Program-made: the position numbers and the translations under genes | Source: an uncultured delta proteobacterium | GTDB lineage: Bacteria > Desulfobacterota > Binatia > UBA9968 | Direction of reading: 5' to 3' | Assembly (NCBI GenBank): GCA_963816145.1 | Contig: CAWFJP010000002.1 | Coordinates: 64,001-128,000, forward strand | DNA: 64,000 nt | Notes under the pieces: model-generated | The model's database searches: none | What the model was told of the DNA's origin: nothing | Seen by the model: only the letters and a program-made list of their open reading frames with translations | Shown here: piece after piece, positions 58,348 through 64,000 of the stretch | How the letters are laid out: every line of letters starts with the position of its first letter | Numbering within the stretch: position 1 is the stretch's first letter

Positions 58348-59887
58348 GACCGTGTTTTTTGCGCGGCCGATCTTCTTTCTTATTCGTCAAGATTTCCAAG
58401 GATTGAATCAGCCGCTTGCGGGTCTCTGCCGGCCGGATCGCGGCTTGCGCGAATTGCTTGGAGAGAGCTTCGAAGGGACCGCTGAAGCGTTCGAGATATT
58501 CCGCGAGTTTTTCTGCGCGGGTTTTTGCCGGATCGGCCGATTGGTCGATCTCCTTCTTGTAGAGCACGTTCACCGCGCCGCCGCCACCCATCACCGCGAG
58601 TTCGACTCCCGGCCAAACGAACAATTGATCGGCGCCCATCTCGCGGGTGCACAGCGCCTGTTTGGCCCCGCCGTAGCCTTTTCTCAGCACGATGGTGATT
58701 TTCGGCACGGTCGCTTCGGCGTAGGCGTAAAGCATCTTGGCGCCGTGGCGGATAATGCCTTTTTCTTCCTGCTGCTTGCCGGGGAAGAAGCCAGGTACGT
58801 CCATCAGGGTAATGATCGGCACGTTAAAAGCATCGCAGAAACGAATAAAGCGCGCCGCTTTATCGGAAGCGTCGACGTCCAAGCTACCGGCAAGAAACAT
58901 TGGCTGATTGGCGACGAAGCCTACCGCATAGCCGTTGAGCCGGCCGAAGCCGATGACGAGATTGCGCGCGAACTTGGCTTTCAATTCGAAAAAATCGCCG
59001 TCGTCGACAATCGCTTTGATCACCTGGACGATGTTGTAGGCGCGTTTCATGTCCTCCGGCACAACTTTTTCTAAATTGTCGAGGCTACGTCCAGGGTCGT
59101 CGGTGGTTTCTTTGCGCGGCGCTTTCTCCTCGAAATTGGCCGGTAAGAAACCGACCAGCCGGCGAATCATCGCCAGACATTCTTCGTCGTTTTTCGTCAC
59201 CAAGTCAGTCACGCCGGATACTTCCGAATGAATCTTGGCGCCGCCCAACTCTTCCATGGTGACGGTCTCGCCCAGGACTTCTTTGATCACCGCCGGGCCG
59301 GTGATGAACATTTGGCCGGAGTTTTGTACCTGGAAAATGACGTCGGTCAGCGCCGGCGAATAGGAGCCGACGCCGATGCAGGGTCCCATGATCGCGGAGA
59401 TCTGGGGGATGCAGCCGGAGGCGATACTGTTCTCAAAAAATATCTTGCCGATGGCGGAGGTGACGCTGAGCCCTTCCTGGATTCGCGCGCCGGCCGAATC
59501 GTTGAGACCGATCACTGGCACCCCCAGTTTGCGCGCGGTCTGGATAACGTAAGCGATTTTCTCCGCGTGGGCCGCGCCTACGCTGCCGGCCAGTATCGAG
59601 CGGTCTTGGGAGTAAACATAAACCGGCCGGCCGTCGATTTTACCAAAACCAGTGACGACACCGTCGGAGGGTTGTTTGCGCTCGCCCATACCGAAGTCCA
59701 AGCAGGGCGTCTCCGCCAGCATGAATTCTTCGACGAAGGTGCCGGGGTCTAAAAGTTTGTCGACGCGCTCACGAGCCGTCAGATTGCCTTGGTCGTGCAG
59801 CTTCGCAGTAGTCTTCGGATCGCCCGCAGCGACCTTCTGTTCCAGGCCGGCGAGTTTTTTTTCTAGATCTTCTCTCGACTTTGACAT
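58334..59887 (-). CDS. Acyl-CoA carboxyltransferase (methylmalonyl-CoA decarboxylase alpha / PccB-like)
   Basis: TARERV, DGVVTG, DSAGARIQEG, MFITGP, DVPGF, RHGAK, KHGLMP. Confidence 0.92.
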   Translation of the reverse strand: MSKSREDLEKKLAGLEQKVAAGDPKTTAKLHDQGNLTARERVDKLLDPGTFVEEFMLAETPCLDFGMGERKQPSDGVVTGFGKIDGRPVYVYSQDRSILAGSVGAAHAEKIAYVIQTARKLGVPVIGLNDSAGARIQEGLSVTSAIGKIFFENSIASGCIPQISAIMGPCIGVGSYSPALTDVIFQVQNSGQMFITGPAVIKEVLGETVTMEELGGAKIHSEVSGVTDLVTKNDEECLAMIRRLVGFLPANFEEKAPRKETTDDPGRSLDNLEKVVPEDMKRAYNIVQVIKAIVDDGDFFELKAKFARNLVIGFGRLNGYAVGFVANQPMFLAGSLDVDASDKAARFIRFCDAFNVPIITLMDVPGFFPGKQQEEKGIIRHGAKMLYAYAEATVPKITIVLRKGYGGAKQALCTREMGADQLFVWPGVELAVMGGGGAVNVLYKKEIDQSADPAKTRAEKLAEYLERFSGPFEALSKQFAQAAIRPAETRKRLIQSLEILTNKKEDRPRKKHGLMPV

Positions 59888-59900
59888 GGGCGCCGCCTAA

Positions 59901-61049
59901 TCATCCACCGACTATTCCCATTCCCTGCAGCACCGAAAGCATAACTGCCGCGGCGATCACCGAGCCGATCTGGCCGCCGGCGTTGGCGCTCATGGCGTGC
60001 ATCAGCAGATAACTCTTTTTATTGTATTTCTGTCCTTCGGCTTGGACCACGCGGGCGGACATGGGAAACGCCGAAATACCCGCGGCGCCGATCAGCGGGT
60101 TGATCTTGCCGCCGGTGAGAAAGCACATCAATTTGCCAAACAGTACGCCCACCGCGGTATCGAGGCTGATGGCGATGAAACCGAGCATCAGGACCAGGAG
60201 CGTCTGCGCCTTTAAGAACTTGTCAGCTTCCATGGTGGCGCCGATACATAGTCCAAGTAGCAGCGTGACGATGTTGGTGAGTTCGTTCTCAGCGCAGTTT
60301 TTGAGACGATCGACGCAGCCGCTTTCTCGAAACAGATTGCCGAGCATGATCGTGGCGATTAGCGGCGCGCCTTTGGGCGCCAAGATTGAAGCAAAGATGG
60401 TGACCACGATCGGGAAGGTGATTTTGGCGGTTTTCGAAATCGGCGCGGATTTGGCCGCGCTCATGATGATTTGTTTTTCCTTGTCGGTAGTGAGAGCGCG
60501 CATGATCGGTGGTTGAATCAGCGGCACCAACGACATGTAAGAATACGCCGCTACCGACACGGCTCCGAGCATGTGCGGCGCGAATTTGGAGCTCACATAG
60601 ATCGCCGTCGGGCCGTCGCAGGCGCCGATAACCGCCACGGCGATGGCGTCGAGCTTGTCGAAGCCCAACGCAAGCGCGAGCAGGAGGGTGAGGAAGATGC
60701 CAAACTGGCCAGCGGCGCCGAGCAGAATGATTTTGGGATTCTGCAACAACGGTTGAAAATCGGTCATGGCGCCGATGCCGATGAAAATCAGCAGCGGAAA
60801 TACTTCTGTGAGCACGCCGGCGTCGTAGAAATAACGCAGGAAGCCGTCCTTGCCCATCATGTCGGCCAAAGGGATGTTGACCATAATCGCGCCGAAGCCG
60901 ATGGGCACCAGTAATAAGGGCTCGTAGCCTTTGACTATGCCGAGATAGAGGAGCCCGCAGGCGACCGCGATCATGAATGCTTGGCCAAGGGTGAGACTAA
61001 CAATGCCGGCAACCAGGCCCTGCAGGCCGGTAATTAACGCTGCTTCCAT
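59901..61049 (-). CDS. Na+-translocating decarboxylase beta subunit (OadB/MmdB)
   Basis: EPLLLVPIGFG, IGAMTDF, IGACDGPT, AAYSYMSLVP, NPLIGAAG, QIGS. Confidence 0.95.
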   Translation of the reverse strand: MEAALITGLQGLVAGIVSLTLGQAFMIAVACGLLYLGIVKGYEPLLLVPIGFGAIMVNIPLADMMGKDGFLRYFYDAGVLTEVFPLLIFIGIGAMTDFQPLLQNPKIILLGAAGQFGIFLTLLLALALGFDKLDAIAVAVIGACDGPTAIYVSSKFAPHMLGAVSVAAYSYMSLVPLIQPPIMRALTTDKEKQIIMSAAKSAPISKTAKITFPIVVTIFASILAPKGAPLIATIMLGNLFRESGCVDRLKNCAENELTNIVTLLLGLCIGATMEADKFLKAQTLLVLMLGFIAISLDTAVGVLFGKLMCFLTGGKINPLIGAAGISAFPMSARVVQAEGQKYNKKSYLLMHAMSANAGGQIGSVIAAAVMLSVLQGMGIVGG

Positions 61050-61083
61050 GTGGGATGGTTAACCTTTCTAAGTCTCTAAGGCG

Positions 61084-61212
61084 CTATTTCTCGGGCTGGA
61101 AGGGAAAGACTTTCTTGATCAATAAAATCAGTAGGCTCAGGATCCACAGGACGAACATAGTGCCGCCCATGCCGATCACAGCCACAGTCCAGCCGAACGT
61201 CCAGGTATCCAT
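61084..61212 (-). CDS. OadG/MmdD-like single-TM subunit, 42 aa (not in ORF track)
   Basis: MDTWTFGWTVAVIGMGGTMFVLWILSLLILLIKKVFPFQPEK; AAGGAG RBS; lies between the biotin carrier and the beta subunit. Confidence 0.8.
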   Translation of the reverse strand: MDTWTFGWTVAVIGMGGTMFVLWILSLLILLIKKVFPFQPEK

Positions 61213-61261
61213 GCAGACTCCTTAAACGAAAAAAACAGTGGTGAAGAACCGGTTTACGAGG

Positions 61262-61477
61262 TTATTCGATGACGGCGAGAACTTGCTCGGCTTCGACCGC
61301 TTGGCCGGGGGAAACCTTGACTTCTTTGAGCACCCCGCCGGCCGGAGCCACGACGGGAATTTCCATCTTCATAGCTTCCATGACGATGACCACATCGTCT
61401 TCTTCGACCCGGTCGCCAACTTGTTTTTCGATTTTTAGAATTTTACCCACCATGGGTGCTTCAATCGTCGTTGCCAA
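61262..61477 (-). CDS. Biotin carboxyl carrier protein
   Basis: APMVG...EAMKME biotinylation motif; AAGGAG RBS with TTG start. Confidence 0.93.
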   Translation of the reverse strand: MATTIEAPMVGKILKIEKQVGDRVEEDDVVIVMEAMKMEIPVVAPAGGVLKEVKVSPGQAVEAEQVLAVIE

Positions 61478-61707
61478 GCGAGCTCTCCTTTTTTTCCGTA
61501 CGCAGTCTTTAGCCGGCGCCAGGGCGCACCGACCGTAGCCGCCATTTAGTAGAGTTTGCCCTTCAAAGTCAATGCTATAAACCGCTTCATCGACGAGTTG
61601 CGAAAGGTTTGCCGTGATCTTGGCGTGAGCGGTGGCGCGGCGCGAGTCACCTTGCTTTCGCCATATCGATACGATATTAAATCGACAAGTTTTTGCGGAG
61701 GGAATTT

Positions 61708-62799
61708 ATGTCGAAACCAGCAGAACAGACCGATAACGTGATGGATAACATCCCCTTTTACGATAAATGGCAGTTGGATGAGGGGATTCCGATCATCAAG
61801 ACGTTTTTCGTTCAGGATCTAAAGAAAGTCGACCTCAAACCCTGGGCGCGCACGGGCGGCAGCGGCGCGTTCATTAATATGGAGGGTGCCGAAGGGGCAA
61901 CCGGCGCCTATGTCAGCGAGATTCCCGCCGGCAAAAAATTAAATCCCATGAGGCATCTCTATGAGGACTTGCACTTCGTCCTCAAGGGGCGCGGCGCGAC
62001 GACGATCTGCAACGACAAGGGCGCCAAGCAGACTTTCGAGTGGCATGACGGCAGCTTGTTCGCGTTGCCGCTCAATTGCACCTATCAGCACTTCAACGGT
62101 TCCGGCGATGAGCCGGCGCGATTTTTTTCGGTCAATAGCGCGCCGATCGTCTTCAACCTCTTTCATCATGAGGACTTCGTCTTCAACACACCGCGCGATT
62201 TTTCCGACCGCTTCGACGGCGATCCGGAATATTTTAGCGGCAAAGGTAAAGCGTATCCGGGCCGTGTCTGGGATACCAACTTCATCGCCGACGCGCGTAG
62301 CTTTGCGTTGGAAGATTGGATCGAGCGCGGCGGCGGCGGCAAGAACGTCATGTTGGAAATGGCCAATGGCTCGATGGCCGCGCATATCTCAGAATTCCCC
62401 GTCGGCACCTACAAAAAAGCCCATCGCCACGGCCCGGGGTTTAACGTCATCATTATCAAGGGCAAAGGCTTCTCGATGTTCTGGCGTCAGGGCGAGGAAC
62501 CCAAGCGTTACGACTGGCAGGATGGCAGCGTATTCACGCCGCCGGCGATGATGTGGCACCAGCACTTCAACACCGGCGCCACCGGCGCGCGCTACTTGCC
62601 GCCGCGTTTGGGTGGAATCAAATACAGTCTCGGTGAAGGCTTCGGTGATATCACCAAAGTCGACAAGGACGTAAAAGCGGGCGGTAACCAGATCGAGTAT
62701 TACGATGAAGATCCGAATATCCGCAAGATGTTCGAAGAAGAGCTCGCCAAGTCCGGTACGACGACTAAGATGGATCCGAATTTTTACAAACGATCGTAA
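61708..62799 (+). CDS. Bicupin-domain protein, unknown substrate
   Basis: RHLYED...YQHFN and AHRHGPG...WHQHFN cupin motifs; GGAGG RBS. Confidence 0.85.
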   Translation: MSKPAEQTDNVMDNIPFYDKWQLDEGIPIIKTFFVQDLKKVDLKPWARTGGSGAFINMEGAEGATGAYVSEIPAGKKLNPMRHLYEDLHFVLKGRGATTICNDKGAKQTFEWHDGSLFALPLNCTYQHFNGSGDEPARFFSVNSAPIVFNLFHHEDFVFNTPRDFSDRFDGDPEYFSGKGKAYPGRVWDTNFIADARSFALEDWIERGGGGKNVMLEMANGSMAAHISEFPVGTYKKAHRHGPGFNVIIIKGKGFSMFWRQGEEPKRYDWQDGSVFTPPAMMWHQHFNTGATGARYLPPRLGGIKYSLGEGFGDITKVDKDVKAGGNQIEYYDEDPNIRKMFEEELAKSGTTTKMDPNFYKRS

Positions 62800-62820
62800 C
62801 GATTCGGCGCCGTTTTGTTT

Positions 62821-62859
62821 CAAAAAGCCCTGCAGGGATTCACCCCGCGGGGCTTTTTG
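62821..62859. terminator. Bidirectional Rho-independent terminator
   Basis: CAAAAAGCCCTGC...GCGGGGCTTTTTG. Confidence 0.8.
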
Positions 62860-62924
62860 CGTTTGCTGATGCATTTGCAGAAATTCCGTTGAGCCGCAAT
62901 CCACGGTTGTGTTAGATTAAAAAC

Positions 62925-63548
62925 ATGTTGGCTGGCCGTCGGCACTTTTGCCGCTGCATTGTCGCGCTGGTGTTATTGGTGAGTTCAGAGAACGCGTCGG
63001 CCGCTGAAGCGGTTGCGCAGAAGGCTACCGTGTTCGGCACTCCAACGGCGAACTTGCGCGCCGGGCCGGGAGTGGAGCAGGCGCTCAAACGGACCCTCAA
63101 AGAGGGAGATCCGGTTACGATTGAACAGTTGGAAGGTGAGTGGTTCTTAGTCACTGCCGCCGATGGCCAAAAGGGATACATTCACAAGAATTTATTGAAA
63201 CCGGTGGACAATGCCCCCGCGCCGCCGCAAGTTGCACCGCCGCAAAAGAGCGGCAAGGCCAATGTGCCGGCGGCAGCGCCGGTCGCTGGTAAAGCCCAAT
63301 CCATTTCTACGCCCGCGGCGAGCGCCACCAAGCCGCCGCCCCCTTCCGTATCCCCGTCCGCTGAGTTAGCCAAAGCCAAGACAACCGATGGCAGAGCGCC
63401 ATCCTTACTGCAAATGCTCGACGCCCATGCATCGGAAGTAAAGCTTGGTTTACTCGTCGCTGGTATCGCTTTCGTGATCGGCTGGTTTTGCGGCGGTCAT
63501 TACTACATCCGGCGCGAGCATAAATACCGCCGGCGGCTTCGTCTGTAA
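62925..63548 (+). CDS. SH3b-domain membrane-anchored protein
   Basis: Signal/TM segment, NLRAGPG...GEW...GYI SH3b, Pro/Ala linker, C-terminal TM. Confidence 0.82.
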   Translation: MLAGRRHFCRCIVALVLLVSSENASAAEAVAQKATVFGTPTANLRAGPGVEQALKRTLKEGDPVTIEQLEGEWFLVTAADGQKGYIHKNLLKPVDNAPAPPQVAPPQKSGKANVPAAAPVAGKAQSISTPAASATKPPPPSVSPSAELAKAKTTDGRAPSLLQMLDAHASEVKLGLLVAGIAFVIGWFCGGHYYIRREHKYRRRLRL

Positions 63549-63576
63549 TCTCGCGTATGATTGCCTCGGCGTTGAC

Positions 63577-64000
63577 ATGCAGATCCTCGCTCTAATCGGT
63601 TTCGCCTACCTGCTCGGTTCTATTCCTACCGGCTATGTTTTGGGGAAATTATCTGGTGTCGATGTGCGACAAATAGGCAGCGGTAACGTCGGCGCGACCA
63701 ATGTCGCGCGGGCGGTCGGCAAGTGGCAGGGTGTCGCGACGCTGCTGGCCGACGCTGCTAAGGGAATGGTGTCGGTGGCCATCGGTCTTTGGATCAATCT
63801 GCAGCCGGAGGCGATCGCAGCGATCGCCAGCGCGGCATTCCTCGGACATCTCTATCCGGTTTTCTTGAAATTTCACGGCGGTAAGGGAGTCGCCACAGGG
63901 TTCGGCGCGCTTTTAATTATTTCGCCGTTGGCAACATTGATACTGGTGGGGGTTTTCGTTGCGGTGGCTTTTCCCACCCGATTAGTTTCGTTGAGCTCGA
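63577..64000 (+). CDS. plsY: Glycerol-3-phosphate acyltransferase, 3'-partial (not in ORF track)
   Basis: YLLGSIPTG, DVRQIGSGNVGATNV, DAAKG, GHLYP..KFHGGKGVAT. Confidence 0.93.
   Translation, partial: MQILALIGFAYLLGSIPTGYVLGKLSGVDVRQIGSGNVGATNVARAVGKWQGVATLLADAAKGMVSVAIGLWINLQPEAIAAIASAAFLGHLYPVFLKFHGGKGVATGFGALLIISPLATLILVGVFVAVAFPTRLVSLSS

Overview
GC-rich bacterial chromosome segment. The gene repertoire (many orphan solute-binding proteins, cupins, UbiD, AORs, ispE-spoVG-tRNA-Gln-prs) resembles Deltaproteobacteria-like/Candidatus Binatia genomes; this is an inference. From left to right: (1) a pyruvate:ferredoxin oxidoreductase operon with CBS and USP genes, a frameshifted PagL-like gene and a convergent GNAT-acyl-CoA synthetase; (2) stand-alone response regulators and small HTH genes, four of them behind -24/-12 sigma54-type promoters; (3) a putative catabolic operon (CADD/TenA-like di-iron enzyme, gentisate-type cupin, PBP-fold decarboxylase-like protein, UbiD); (4) a housekeeping block (tRNA-Arg, suhB, ispE, spoVG, tRNA-Gln, prs, rplY, pth, rpsF, rpsR, DUF2232, rplI); (5) a mostly minus-strand cluster at about 25.7-41 kb with two divergent tungsten-type aldehyde oxidoreductases, a 4x[4Fe-4S] protein and orphan binding proteins, whose intergenic gaps hold a family of tandem-repeat hairpins with 7- to 9-bp units; (6) an accessory patchwork at about 41-51.8 kb with pobA, gene remnants and a six-gene partner-switching operon that includes an MBL-hydrolase/pseudo-HATPase fusion; (7) a moeA pair, a sensor kinase, a four-gene Na+-translocating acyl-CoA decarboxylase, a cupin, an SH3 protein and the start of plsY. 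No CRISPR array, rRNA or intact transposase/integrase was seen. Several single-base indels suggest some sequencing error or recent decay.
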